The notes under the pieces: model-generated | Told to the model about the DNA's origin: nothing | What the model saw: only the letters and a program-made list of their open reading frames with translations | Database searches by the model: none | Assembly: GCA_019058245.1 (NCBI GenBank) | Contig: JAHPZJ010000013.1 | Location: 265,166 to 329,165, forward strand | Origin: Promethearchaeota archaeon | GTDB taxonomy: Archaea; Asgardarchaeota; Lokiarchaeia; Sigyniarchaeales; SOKP01 | Reading direction: 5' to 3' | DNA: 64,000 nt | In this document: positions 1 to 10,286 of the stretch, piece by piece | How the letters are laid out: the number at the start of each line of letters is the position of its first letter | Numbering within the stretch: the first letter of the stretch is position 1 | Translations under genes and position numbers: made by a program

Positions 1-151
1 GATTCAATCCAAGTGAAAGCCCTAAAAATGGCATAACAGGTATAACAATACTGAAACCTAAAATTTCAGTAAACATTATCATGAAAATTATAAAGATTTT
101 TTTTCTCAAATTATTCTTATTTGGATTTTCAGATGCCATTATTCTTTCCAT
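1..151 (-). CDS. MFS transporter (TetA/DHA1-like), 5' part only, runs off window
   Basis: Manual translation from ATG at 151: MERIMASENPNKNNLRKKIFIIFMIMFTEILGFSIVIPVMPFLGLSLGLN. The G-F-S-I-V-I-P-V-M-P stretch is typical of DHA1 TM1. Confidence 0.75.
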   Translation of the reverse strand, partial: MERIMASENPNKNNLRKKIFIIFMIMFTEILGFSIVIPVMPFLGLSLGLN

Positions 152-274
152 TTAATACCTTATCTTTTGATCTTAAAGCATTAAAGAAATAATAAGTTTT
201 CAGATTATAAAATATTTAGAGTTAGTGGGGAAATTTTATTTTTATAAGACAAAAGAATTTAGTGGAAAGGATAA

Positions 275-1045
275 TCATTTAAATCCTTGACAAAAGGAAT
301 CTACATTTTTAGGTAAAACAGTGTGATTATAACCCCCTTCAAGTAAAGCATAACGTCTTCCCTTACATAACTTTTCAGAATAATTTTTCATAAGATTGCC
401 TAATTCATGATAATCTTCCGGGTATAATAAATTACCCCAATCATCAATACCTTGATCGAATCCTGCGCTAGCAACAAAAATATCAATATCATGCAATTTA
501 TTCATATAGCTTTCTACTTCTTTAATATAATTAACATGACCACTTGAACTTGGATTAAGAATTTTAACTCTGAAATCATCCTCTCTATTTGTAAGGATAT
601 TGATATTTCCATCTCCTGTATGAAGATCAAAGTCTAAGATAAAGGCAGATTTTATCTTTGACATAGAATATAATTTTAAAAGGCTTATACTGATATTATT
701 AAAAAAACAAAATCCCCAACAAGAGTCTGTGGATGCATGATGCCCTGGTGGTCGAATGACAGCAAATGTTGGATTACCATTATATCCTTCTTGAGCAGCT
801 AAAATTGATCCTCCTGCTGCTAATGAAGCTAACTCGAATAAAAATTTATCTCTCTTTATATACTGAAGAAGTCTTTTAGTATGAACTCTTAAAATATCTT
901 CTTCAGAAGCGGGTTTAGGTTCTATTATTTCATATTCTTTATTAGCCTTTAATCGATCCATAATACCTTCTAGACGTCCTGGTGAAGCAGCCGGGTCCAT
1001 TGAATAATCAGAAGTAAAATATCGTTCATGGAACACAATTTTCAT
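275..1045 (-). CDS. Histone deacetylase family (Zn-dependent amidohydrolase)
   Basis: RPPGHHA, GFCFFNN, DFDLHTGDG, SAGFD and LEGGY motifs. Confidence 0.93.
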   Translation of the reverse strand: MKIVFHERYFTSDYSMDPAASPGRLEGIMDRLKANKEYEIIEPKPASEEDILRVHTKRLLQYIKRDKFLFELASLAAGGSILAAQEGYNGNPTFAVIRPPGHHASTDSCWGFCFFNNISISLLKLYSMSKIKSAFILDFDLHTGDGNINILTNREDDFRVKILNPSSSGHVNYIKEVESYMNKLHDIDIFVASAGFDQGIDDWGNLLYPEDYHELGNLMKNYSEKLCKGRRYALLEGGYNHTVLPKNVDSFCQGFK

Positions 1046-1137
1046 TGATCTATATTCCTCATATAAATGATTTTGAATTATATTTAAAAAAATATAGATT
1101 CAATACGTTTTAATAGTTTTTATATTTTTAAAAAATT

Positions 1138-2082
1138 CTATAATCTCTTACTCAAGATATCAATCATATCTTTAGTCATAGATTCAAGATTATAACTAGG
1201 GTTCCAACCCCATTCTTCCCGAGCAAGTGAATCATCAATTGATTTTGGCCAAGAATCAGCAATTTCTTGTCGAAAATCAGGTTTATATTCTATTTGAAAT
1301 TCAGGAATGTGATTTTTTATTTCTGTGGCTATCTCTTCAGCAGAGAAACTCATCCCAGTTACATTATATACTCTACGTTTTAATTTAGAGTTATCTGTTT
1401 CTAATAAATCTGTCATACATTTAAGGCAATCAGGCATGTACATCATAGGTAAAATTGTATCTTTCTTAAGAAAGCAATTATATTCCTTTTTTTTGATTGC
1501 TTCATAGAAAATCTCAACAGCATAGTCAGTTGTACCACCTCCAGGTAGTGTCTCACTACTTATTATTCCTGGAAGTCTTATCGAACGAACATCTAATTCA
1601 AATTTTTTATAATAATATTCTGCTAATAATTCTCCCGCAACTTTGGTGATACCATACATTGTTGTAGGTTGTAATATCGTCGTATTAGGTGTATTATCTC
1701 TAGGAGTAGTAGGCCCAAAAACTGCAATTGAGCTTGGCCAAATTATATTTTTTATATTATATTTTCTACTCATTTCAAGAACATTGATTAATCCATTCAT
1801 ATTTATGTTCCAAGCAGTTTGAGGCATCTTTTCTCCTGTTGCTGAGAGAATCGAAGCCAGATGATATACTGTATCAACTTCATATTCATTGAAAAGTTTT
1901 GAAATTATATTATTGTCTAAAGCATCCAAATAAACCACTGGACCGGATTTTTTTATCGAATCTTGAAGTAGTGTTTTTCTATAAGTAGCAATCACATTAT
2001 CATTACCATATTTATTTCTTAAGAATGGTACTAATTCACTTCCTATTTGACCTGCAGCACCTATTACAATAATTTTTCGCAT
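1138..2082 (-). CDS. tdh: L-threonine 3-dehydrogenase (SDR/GalE-like)
   Basis: GAAGQIG Rossmann motif, YGITK, PGGGTTDY signature, PMMYMPD; divergent from kbl. Confidence 0.9.
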   Translation of the reverse strand: MRKIIVIGAAGQIGSELVPFLRNKYGNDNVIATYRKTLLQDSIKKSGPVVYLDALDNNIISKLFNEYEVDTVYHLASILSATGEKMPQTAWNINMNGLINVLEMSRKYNIKNIIWPSSIAVFGPTTPRDNTPNTTILQPTTMYGITKVAGELLAEYYYKKFELDVRSIRLPGIISSETLPGGGTTDYAVEIFYEAIKKKEYNCFLKKDTILPMMYMPDCLKCMTDLLETDNSKLKRRVYNVTGMSFSAEEIATEIKNHIPEFQIEYKPDFRQEIADSWPKSIDDSLAREEWGWNPSYNLESMTKDMIDILSKRL

Positions 2083-2262
2083 TTTTGTCAGACTTTAGAT
2101 TAAGTAATTAATAGTATAAAGCATAATTTTTTCCATAAAAAAAGTTTTATTTATAATCGTCCCGCATTATTCCCCTAAAAATAATAGAAGTAAAACTCAA
2201 ATACTATTTAAAATTCAAATAAAATAAAAATTTACCAAGAATTTTTAAAAAATAAAGGTGTT

Positions 2263-3456
2263 ATGATAATGATGCGAGATCCTGTTGCGTTTCTCAAGGA
2301 AGAAATGACTGAATTAAGGAAAAATAATCTTGAATGGATTATTAGATATCTTGAACAAGGTTCCAAACCTCATTCTGTTGTAGATGGTAAAGAAGTCTTA
2401 ATGCTTAATACTAATAATTATCTTGGCTTAGCAACTCATCCAAAAATAATACAAGCAGCAATTGATGCTACAAAAAAATATGGTGCTGGGGCAGGAGCAG
2501 TTCCAGTTATTGCTGGTTCTTTCGATTTAACTGAACAATTTGAAGAAAAATTCGCAGAATTTAAAGAAGTTGAGGCTTCTATTCTCTGTCAGACTGGATT
2601 TGCCGTTAATTCAGGATTAATTCCCATGTTAGTTGGAAAACCAGATATAGTTGTATCAGATGAATTAAATCATGGTTCAATCATTGATGGAGTTAGATTA
2701 TCAGGAGCTAAAAGAATTATTTATAAACATTGTGATGTTGGAGATTTAGAAAAACAGTTAAGAGAAGCTGAAAAAGAAGGAGCTAGAAGAATTTGTATTA
2801 TAACAGATGGTGTTTTTAGTATGGATGGAGATATAGCACCATTAGATAATATTGCTAAAATAGCGAAAGAATTTGGAGCTATGATTTTCGTTGACGACTG
2901 CCATGGTGAGGGTGTACTTGGAGAAGGAAGAGGTATAGTCGCCCATTATAATCTACAGGGAAAAGTTCATGTGGAAGGTGGATCAATGAGTAAAGGGTTT
3001 GGAGTTTTCGGGGGGACTGTTGCAGGTTCAAAAGATTTAATTGAATTTTGTAAGAATAAGAGTCGAACTTATCTTCTTAGTACTGCACATCCACCAGGTA
3101 TTGTTGCTGCAAATAAAGCCTCTATTGAAGTAGTTGAGAGTGAACCTGAACATGTCAAAAGAGTCTGGGAACATACAAATTATTTTAAAAAAGAAGTTCA
3201 GAGTATGGGTTATAATACTGGTAATTCAGCAACGCCTATTATTCCTTTAATTATAGGTGATCCTGGAAAAGCTCAAGAATTAGCACGAGTTCTTTTTGAA
3301 GAAGAGAATATTTATGGTACACCTATTGTATTTCCTATGGTTGCTAAGGAATTATCAAGAATTAGAGTTCAGATGAATGCATTACTTACTAAAGATGATT
3401 TAACAATAGCTCTGAGTGCTATCGAAAAAGTAGGAAAAAAATTGAATATAATATAA
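2263..3456 (+). CDS. kbl: Glycine C-acetyltransferase (2-amino-3-ketobutyrate CoA ligase), PLP class II
   Basis: NNYLGLA, SDELNHGSIIDG, DGVFSMDGD, DDCHG, SMSK PLP lysine; adjacent to tdh. Confidence 0.88.
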   Translation: MIMMRDPVAFLKEEMTELRKNNLEWIIRYLEQGSKPHSVVDGKEVLMLNTNNYLGLATHPKIIQAAIDATKKYGAGAGAVPVIAGSFDLTEQFEEKFAEFKEVEASILCQTGFAVNSGLIPMLVGKPDIVVSDELNHGSIIDGVRLSGAKRIIYKHCDVGDLEKQLREAEKEGARRICIITDGVFSMDGDIAPLDNIAKIAKEFGAMIFVDDCHGEGVLGEGRGIVAHYNLQGKVHVEGGSMSKGFGVFGGTVAGSKDLIEFCKNKSRTYLLSTAHPPGIVAANKASIEVVESEPEHVKRVWEHTNYFKKEVQSMGYNTGNSATPIIPLIIGDPGKAQELARVLFEEENIYGTPIVFPMVAKELSRIRVQMNALLTKDDLTIALSAIEKVGKKLNII

Positions 3457-3513
3457 ATTTAATTTTTTTTCATTATAATAATATCGCTAAATTTCACTTT
3501 AATCCATTCTCAA

Positions 3514-4098
3514 TTAAAGTGGTTTAGCTAATATTGCTTTCACTCGCAATGTTTTGAATTCACTTGTAGGTGCAGGCTTTATTAAACATACTGTATCCGC
3601 TCCTCTCCCTGTTCCTCCTACAACAATAATATCTCTATTAATGTCAGGAATTAAACCTGCATCAACAACGGTACTCGAGATTTCTATACAAACTTTAACG
3701 CCTTGACTAAATTGCCACCCTAACATCTTAGCTAGCATATCTACAAAAATCCATGCTTCTTTATTTAATCGTAAACCCCTTTCAATTCCACTCATAGCAT
3801 GGGTACCGATATGAAATTTTAGTCCTTTATTCTCCAATTCCTTTAATTTTTCTTCTGGAAACTCTTGTCGAGTATTTCCATTGACGAAATAATAACAATG
3901 AGTAATGATTACAACATTGTACTCATTTGGATTAAAAATTTGAGATGCCTTTTCAGCTACAGTTCCAGTGGTACTAGCGAGGACAATATCTTTTATATTA
4001 AATTGGTCAGCATATTTTTTGGCAATTTCTAATGCTTTATCAGTGTTATGGGCTCCGGCTTTTTCAAAATATGTAACTTCAAGATTTAAATCAGTCAT
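3514..4098 (-). CDS. Pyruvate-kinase C-terminal-like alpha/beta domain protein (MTH1675-like)
   Basis: YFEKAGxxNT, LASTTG, QGVKVCIEI, VDAG and GGTGRGADT motifs. Confidence 0.8.
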   Translation of the reverse strand: MTDLNLEVTYFEKAGAHNTDKALEIAKKYADQFNIKDIVLASTTGTVAEKASQIFNPNEYNVVIITHCYYFVNGNTRQEFPEEKLKELENKGLKFHIGTHAMSGIERGLRLNKEAWIFVDMLAKMLGWQFSQGVKVCIEISSTVVDAGLIPDINRDIIVVGGTGRGADTVCLIKPAPTSEFKTLRVKAILAKPL

Positions 4099-4371
4099 AT
4101 TTTATCAAACCTATTATATTATTATTTAAACAATTATTTTACTATTAGAAAATAAAATGATTCCAATTAAATGAATATTATTGAGATTAAAGCTTTTCCA
4201 GAAATAATGTACTTTCTTATATATTCTCTTTTAATTAGGAAAAAGTGAAATATACTGGTTTGTAAATATTTTATATTTTCAATTTTTAAGGATTATCAAT
4301 AAAAAAGTATTGAGAGTTAGTTTTATCTTCTATAAAAATTAATTAAAAAAAAAAATAAGAAATAAAATAAT

Positions 4372-5892
4372 TTATTTTACTTTTGATTCTATGACTAATT
4401 TTTTATCTTTTTTCATTTCATCATTTAAAGAATCATCGATTCCCGCTATTCTTTTTACCATGTCTTTTCTAGCTTCAATATCATATTGAGTTGTAATTGC
4501 TATATTCTCCATAATTGGGCTTCCTCCTCCATGATAGCTTCCAAAAAGATGAATACCGCCTCTAGCCGAACAAATTTGATCACCAACATATCTCCAAAAT
4601 TGCGCTGCATTTTTAGGAGAAATTTGAGGATTTCTAACCGTATATTTATAGAGTAATTCTTTTAATTCAGGATTGGCAAAATCTCTTTCATATGGAAAAG
4701 TCGCAGGAACACCACCTGAAATATCACAGATAATTTCAGCTTCACGAAATACAGCTTCTCCTGAAAGACATCTTCCAACGTTGCAGTAAATTGAATTAGG
4801 AATATAACTTCCTGGTCCGTATGGAACAAAACCTACACCAGGCATATATACTTCAGGTCTACCTAAATCTGAAGCTGTATATCCTGCCGCATAGCCAAGT
4901 TCGGTTACCAAAATTACTTCAGCTAATGCGCTTCTTACATGATTGGCTCGATGGATATTATTATATTCTGCAGCTAAAGCTGTTGTTCCACAAACTAAAT
5001 CTCCAATAGCGGGTTTACAACCAGAATAACTATGTCTATGAAATAAGGCAAATAATAAAGCAAGAACACCCGCATGCTGATTTTCCCCACAAAGAAAAAC
5101 TCTTTCCCATGGAACAAATACATCATCAAAAATTATATATGAATCTGTAGCTCCAGGTGTAAAACCACGTTTGAATATTTCTCTTTCTCTAAGATTATGA
5201 ACAGTGACTACTTGTTTTACGCCCTCATAATCAGCAGGTACAGCAAATGCTACAGCATAATCTTTATCTTCAGGTCTTAATGCTCTTGTAGGAACAGTAA
5301 GAATTTCATCAGATACAGAAGCTTCAGAAATATGAAGTTTGCATCCGCGAACTATTATTCCATCTTGTTTCTTTTCCACAACACGAACATACATATCCGG
5401 ATCTTCTTGATCTGCAGGACGTTTTATTCGGTTCCCTTTAACATCAGTCTGAGCACAAGCTGCAACAAGATCTTCATTTTGAAATCGAGTTAACCATTTT
5501 TTATAGTTTTCATGATAATTAGTTTTACCATCATTAGATTTATCTGCTTCATAACTTACAGCATATATAGCATTAGCAGCATCACATCCCATACAACGTT
5601 GAATACAACCTCCAACTAATCGACAAAGTGTTCTTACCATATCTTGTTTTTTATGGAGATCTTCTGTACTATGAGCTATATGTGTAAATCGGTTAATAGT
5701 ATTACCTGTTAGATGAGATTTTGCAAGCATTAAATCCGCGTATTTTGGATCTTCAGCCGCATCGAATGTTGTTCCCATCACATCAAGAGTAGCCAATTGG
5801 ACTTCATCTAAACGGTCAATTATTTTACCATTATAGTAGAGATTAGGTTTCATTTTACTGAGATCTTTCATCCATTGTTCTTTCGTTCTCAT
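4372..5892 (-). CDS. 4-hydroxybutyryl-CoA dehydratase-like protein (AbfD/HpaB family)
   Basis: CIQRCMGCD and HRHSYSGCK Fe-S ligand motifs, QTDVKGNR, IFDDVFVPWERVF, HGGGSP. Confidence 0.85.
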   Translation of the reverse strand: MRTKEQWMKDLSKMKPNLYYNGKIIDRLDEVQLATLDVMGTTFDAAEDPKYADLMLAKSHLTGNTINRFTHIAHSTEDLHKKQDMVRTLCRLVGGCIQRCMGCDAANAIYAVSYEADKSNDGKTNYHENYKKWLTRFQNEDLVAACAQTDVKGNRIKRPADQEDPDMYVRVVEKKQDGIIVRGCKLHISEASVSDEILTVPTRALRPEDKDYAVAFAVPADYEGVKQVVTVHNLREREIFKRGFTPGATDSYIIFDDVFVPWERVFLCGENQHAGVLALLFALFHRHSYSGCKPAIGDLVCGTTALAAEYNNIHRANHVRSALAEVILVTELGYAAGYTASDLGRPEVYMPGVGFVPYGPGSYIPNSIYCNVGRCLSGEAVFREAEIICDISGGVPATFPYERDFANPELKELLYKYTVRNPQISPKNAAQFWRYVGDQICSARGGIHLFGSYHGGGSPIMENIAITTQYDIEARKDMVKRIAGIDDSLNDEMKKDKKLVIESKVK

Positions 5893-5950
5893 TTAAAATA
5901 CCTCGTATTAAATTTAATATTATTTTATATTTTCAACTACTTTAAAAATA

Positions 5951-6000
5951 TTAATTGTATTAGTGAACTCTTTTTTTAGATGAGTTCACTTTACATTTAA
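5951..6000. promoter_or_regulatory. Inverted repeat, candidate operator in the divergent abfD-like/MFS intergenic region
   Basis: AGTGAACTC-N11-GAGTTCACT (5962-5990), with imperfect outer arms TTAATTGTA/TACATTTAA. Confidence 0.5.
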
Positions 6001-6213
6001 ATGAAATAAGATTTTATAACTTATATTGCTTTTCCAAATGAAAAATAATCAAGATTCCTAAATACTAATAAATTCTATAATTTTACCATTAAGGATGAAT
6101 TTTAATTGGAGAAAAAATAATTTTTATAAATATTAAAATAGATATAAATACATCAAAATTTACTATATTAGATTAAATAAAATTACAGATTAGTATAGAG
6201 ATGTGGCACTTTT

Positions 6214-7665
6214 ATGAGTGAAAGAGAAATACCATTAAAAGAAAAAATATTATTTGGTCTCAGTGCTTTCCCAGATCAGCTCACTTATCAAGCATTTACG
6301 ATTTATGTATTTACCTATTATTTTGCAGTTGTTCATCTATCCATGCCTGAAATGTGGATAGGATTTACCCTTTGGGGCATTTGGAATATGATTAATGATC
6401 CTCTTTTGGGTGCATTAAGTGAGAAAACCAAACAGAAAGGTAAATTAGGAAAACGTAAGTTTTATTTGATAATTTCATTTATCCCGCTCGCATTGATTAT
6501 GATTTTTCTTTTTGTGATAGCAGCACGAAATCCACTAAGTAGTTCAAAATTTACTTTTCACTTCTGGTATTTCATGTTCATAATTTTTACATTCGAATTC
6601 TTTTATACAATGTTTTCAGTAAATACTAATGCTGTTTTTCCAGAAATGTTTCCTACAGAGAATCAGAGAGGAGCCGTAAACCAATTTATAAAAGCATTTA
6701 CAATGATTGCTGTAATACTTGCTTCAGTCATTCCCACTTTTATTGTATCTCCAAATTTAGTCCCAAAAATTGATCCGAACGTTGATCCCACTGGTTATTC
6801 CGCAGAAGTTGCTAGTATTCAATCAGGATTTATTATTTCTGGTATTGTATATGCTGTAATAATATTGATCACAGCAATACTATTTATTTTCTTAGGTGTG
6901 AAAGAAAAAGAAGAACAAATTAGTGATTTTGAAAAAAGACCAGGATTTATTGATTCATTGAAAATAACATTTTCAAATCGAACATTTATAAAATTTACAC
7001 TTGGAAATATGCTTATCTGGTATTGTTTTAATCTGTTGTTATCAGTATTTCCACTGTATGCCGTTTATGTATTGGGAAGAACTGAAGATGCTTTCTTAAT
7101 TGGAGTTACTTTAATGCTAGCATTATTATCTGCTGCAGCGCTTATGCCAGTTCAAATGCGGATTAGAAAAAAATTTGGTACTCGTAAAGGATTGATGATT
7201 GGCTTAGGAATTTGGATAGTAACATTATTTCCTTTAACTCTTTTATCAAATAATGAAATAAGTAGAACGTTATCATTTCTTGTTTTTATATCAATAGGAT
7301 TTGGATTATCCGCTGCATTATTTTTCGTTGATTTAATTCATGGTGATGTAATTGACCAAGACGCTCTTAAGTTTGGGGTAAGAAGAGCCTCGAGTTATTA
7401 TGGTGTAAATGCTTTTATACATAGATTTTCGATGATACTTGGAATAACAACTATTTATATCGTATTCTCTGGAACAGGGTGGAGTTCATATGAACCTGTT
7501 GTTAATAACCCAGTCTTACTAGATCTTGGTATAAAATCATTGATGTTTCTCTTTCCTTCAATAGCACTTATCGGTTCAATTCTCTTCTTTAAATTTTATG
7601 ATTTACATGGTGAAAAGCTCGAAAAAATGAGACAGGAATTGGAGAAACATCCAGACTTAAAATAA
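6214..7665 (+). CDS. MFS transporter, glycoside-pentoside-hexuronide (MelB-like) family
   Basis: About 12 TM segments; WNMINDPLLGALSEKT, GKRK, FPEMF and DVIDQD motifs. Confidence 0.88.
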   Translation: MSEREIPLKEKILFGLSAFPDQLTYQAFTIYVFTYYFAVVHLSMPEMWIGFTLWGIWNMINDPLLGALSEKTKQKGKLGKRKFYLIISFIPLALIMIFLFVIAARNPLSSSKFTFHFWYFMFIIFTFEFFYTMFSVNTNAVFPEMFPTENQRGAVNQFIKAFTMIAVILASVIPTFIVSPNLVPKIDPNVDPTGYSAEVASIQSGFIISGIVYAVIILITAILFIFLGVKEKEEQISDFEKRPGFIDSLKITFSNRTFIKFTLGNMLIWYCFNLLLSVFPLYAVYVLGRTEDAFLIGVTLMLALLSAAALMPVQMRIRKKFGTRKGLMIGLGIWIVTLFPLTLLSNNEISRTLSFLVFISIGFGLSAALFFVDLIHGDVIDQDALKFGVRRASSYYGVNAFIHRFSMILGITTIYIVFSGTGWSSYEPVVNNPVLLDLGIKSLMFLFPSIALIGSILFFKFYDLHGEKLEKMRQELEKHPDLK

Positions 7666-7674
7666 GTATTAGAA

Positions 7675-8454
7675 TTATTTAGTTATTTTCTTAACAGGGT
7701 TCGTATGAGAACAAGGAAGTCCACAAGCACATTTCCCACACACATCTGCTATACCTAAATGAGAATAAATTTGGCTATTTTCTAAGCAAATATTATAACA
7801 TTTATGTCGTTCAAATGATTTAAGAGTTAAAATATCATAAAAGCAATTTTCAATACACTTAGTACATGATTTATTATGAAAATATAAGCAATATTCTTGT
7901 TCTAGGCGTTTTGTTGGCTCAATTTGTGCGGATGTTATTAAGCTGCCTAATCTACCACAACATCCTTTTTCAGTTATTAACATTTTATGCAAACCAAATT
8001 TACCTAAACCAGCGATATAGGCTATATGCTTTTGGGACCAAGAAGAAATCAACTTTTTTTCATCGAAATTAAGTTCATCTGGAATTTTTACAGAATCAAT
8101 AGCTTCTTTCTTCAATTCTCTTCTTAGAAAAGTATTCAATTTTAGCATCAGTTTATTAGTTTCAACATAAGCAATTGCCCATTCTTTGGATGCTATTTTT
8201 CCTTTAGTATTGCTCAAAATAATTTTCTTATTAAATGGTATAAAATATGAAATAACAGTTTTAGCTTTATTTAATAGTTCAGTTGGTAATTTATGGCTTT
8301 TGTCTATTTTTTCTTTTAATTTAAAGAATAATGGATCTGTTGCATCTGCAAAACCTACTATTGGTTCTTCCCAATCAGTTCTACAATTTGAGAAATTCTT
8401 GTAGTCTTCAATATAATTTATGATCAAATTTTTTATATACAATTGTATATTCAT
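7675..8454 (-). CDS. QueG/reductive-dehalogenase-like cobalamin Fe-S protein
   Basis: SQKHIAYIAGLGKFG, RLGSLIT, CTKCIENC, CGKC...PC. Confidence 0.75.
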   Translation of the reverse strand: MNIQLYIKNLIINYIEDYKNFSNCRTDWEEPIVGFADATDPLFFKLKEKIDKSHKLPTELLNKAKTVISYFIPFNKKIILSNTKGKIASKEWAIAYVETNKLMLKLNTFLRRELKKEAIDSVKIPDELNFDEKKLISSWSQKHIAYIAGLGKFGLHKMLITEKGCCGRLGSLITSAQIEPTKRLEQEYCLYFHNKSCTKCIENCFYDILTLKSFERHKCYNICLENSQIYSHLGIADVCGKCACGLPCSHTNPVKKITK

Positions 8455-8582
8455 AGTTTTAATTTTTCAATTTTTAAGATTGATTTGAAATAACTATTGA
8501 TGATAAAGAAAAAATTATAAAGTTTTTAAATTTAAAAGATAATATCAACTTAAAAAAATAAAATCATAGGAGTTAAGGAAGT

Positions 8583-8816
8583 TTGACCATATGTTTTGTT
8601 CTAATGAATATTCAAGCGGGATTTGTAGAATCTGTTTATGAAAGTTTGGAAAAAATAGAGGAAGTTATAGAAACCTATACTGTGACCGGAGGAATCGATA
8701 TTATAATTAAAGTAGAAGGTCCTGATGTTGAAACAATAGCAAAAACAATATTAGCAAAGATTCATAGTATAGAGGGAGTTTCGAAGACAACGACTCATAT
8801 TGTTGTTCCATTATAG
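8583..8816 (+). CDS. Stand-alone Lrp/AsnC ligand-binding (RAM) domain protein
   Basis: VTGGIDIIIKV and IHSIEGVSKTTT; SD-like GGAG upstream of a TTG start. Confidence 0.88.
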   Translation: MTICFVLMNIQAGFVESVYESLEKIEEVIETYTVTGGIDIIIKVEGPDVETIAKTILAKIHSIEGVSKTTTHIVVPL

Positions 8817-9059
8817 TATAACAAATAATTTTTTTTTAATCTGTATATTTCTATTATGTAAGATATTACAAACTATGCTTAAGCTTATTATACCAAATAT
8901 TTTGGTACTTATTAATAATAAATCGAAGATGTTCAACATAAAAAACCTTTTTTAAAATATATTAAATTATTAAAAGAGAATTAAAGAATAATATTTATAT
9001 TCGAAAAAGTTTGATATTTTAAATTATATAAACATTCTAAAAAAAGAAAAGAAAATCTA

Positions 9060-9611
9060 ATGAGTAATAGTAGAGAAAAATTTACATTTAAAGTTACAGT
9101 TATTGGTGATGGCGCAGTTGGGAAGACTTCTTTAATAAGAAAATTTACTAAAGGAAATTTCCAAGAACAATATATTCAAACTATCGGAGCTCAATTTTCT
9201 AAATTTATTGAAGAAATAGAGGGGGATAGATGCAAATTATTTTTCTGGGATATTGCAGGTCAAGATACGTTTCATTTTTTAAGACCTGCTTTTTACAAGG
9301 CAAGCGTAGCTGCGATAATTGTGTTTTCTCTTGAAGAGAATGATTTTGGAAAGGAAAGTTTTAATCATGTAACTAATTGGCAGAATGAAATAACCAAATT
9401 CTGTGGAGACATTCCCATTTTATTATTCGGAAATAAAGTTGATTTAGTTGATGAAGAAAAATTAGACGATAGCAGTATATTAAAATTAGTAGAAGAAAAA
9501 ACAATGTTAGGGTATTATCGAACTTCTGCGAAAACAGGTCAAGGAGTTCATAAAGCTTTTCAAAAAATAATAAATGATTTATATTCTAAATTTAAGACGG
9601 TATCTGTGTAA
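9060..9611 (+). CDS. Rab-like small GTPase
   Basis: G1 GDGAVGKT, switch I YIQTIG, G3 WDIAGQ, G4 NKVD, G5 TSAKTG; no C-terminal Cys. Confidence 0.93.
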   Translation: MSNSREKFTFKVTVIGDGAVGKTSLIRKFTKGNFQEQYIQTIGAQFSKFIEEIEGDRCKLFFWDIAGQDTFHFLRPAFYKASVAAIIVFSLEENDFGKESFNHVTNWQNEITKFCGDIPILLFGNKVDLVDEEKLDDSSILKLVEEKTMLGYYRTSAKTGQGVHKAFQKIINDLYSKFKTVSV

Positions 9612-9692
9612 CCTGTGATTCTTGAGTATAAAATTTTTATATTATTATAAGAATATGGGAAATTCTGAGCTCAAAATTTTGAACAATAAAAT

Positions 9693-10268
9693 TTAGAAAA
9701 TCTTGTAAATTATATCATTTAAAGATCTTTTGGGAACATGAATTTCGCCTGTATCATCTTTCCAATAATCAAATGATTTTTCATATGGTTCTAAAACAGA
9801 ATTTTCATCTGGATATCCTATACTAATAACCTGCATTATTTCATAATACGCAGGGATTTCAAATAATTCTCTAATTTTTCCTCTATCTATTGCTGCCATC
9901 CAGCAAGATCCTAAACCAAAATTTACTGCTCCGAGAAGAATATTTTCAACAGAAGCACCAACATCAAAGTTATAAAAGGTTTTCTTAATTTTTGTATTAT
10001 TCAATACTATAAAATAAGCAGTAGGTTCCCTCCCCTTTTCAGGAGTCCTTTGGTCTTCTGGAAGTGAAGCTGCCCATCTCAATAAGGGAAACAACTTTTC
10101 CTTGAATTCAGGCTTCTGGACAATAACGAATTCAACACCTTGAACATTCCTCGCCATAGGAGCGACTCGAGCGTACTCGATTAATTTTCTTAAAATGTCT
10201 ATTGATATTGGTGTTTGTTTAAATCTTCTTATTGTCCTTCTTTTAAAAATCACTTCTTCAAAATCCAT
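9693..10268 (-). CDS. Nitroreductase family protein
   Basis: RRTIRRF, APMARNVQ, GLGSCW, ISIGYPDE. Confidence 0.92.
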   Translation of the reverse strand: MDFEEVIFKRRTIRRFKQTPISIDILRKLIEYARVAPMARNVQGVEFVIVQKPEFKEKLFPLLRWAASLPEDQRTPEKGREPTAYFIVLNNTKIKKTFYNFDVGASVENILLGAVNFGLGSCWMAAIDRGKIRELFEIPAYYEIMQVISIGYPDENSVLEPYEKSFDYWKDDTGEIHVPKRSLNDIIYKIF

Positions 10269-10286
10269 TATTATTACAGTTAATTA

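Noticed and set aside
8891-8907. Palindrome TACCAAA-TAT-TTTGGTA upstream of the Rab-like gene
   Set aside because: Short, AT-rich and seen only once; cannot be distinguished from chance.
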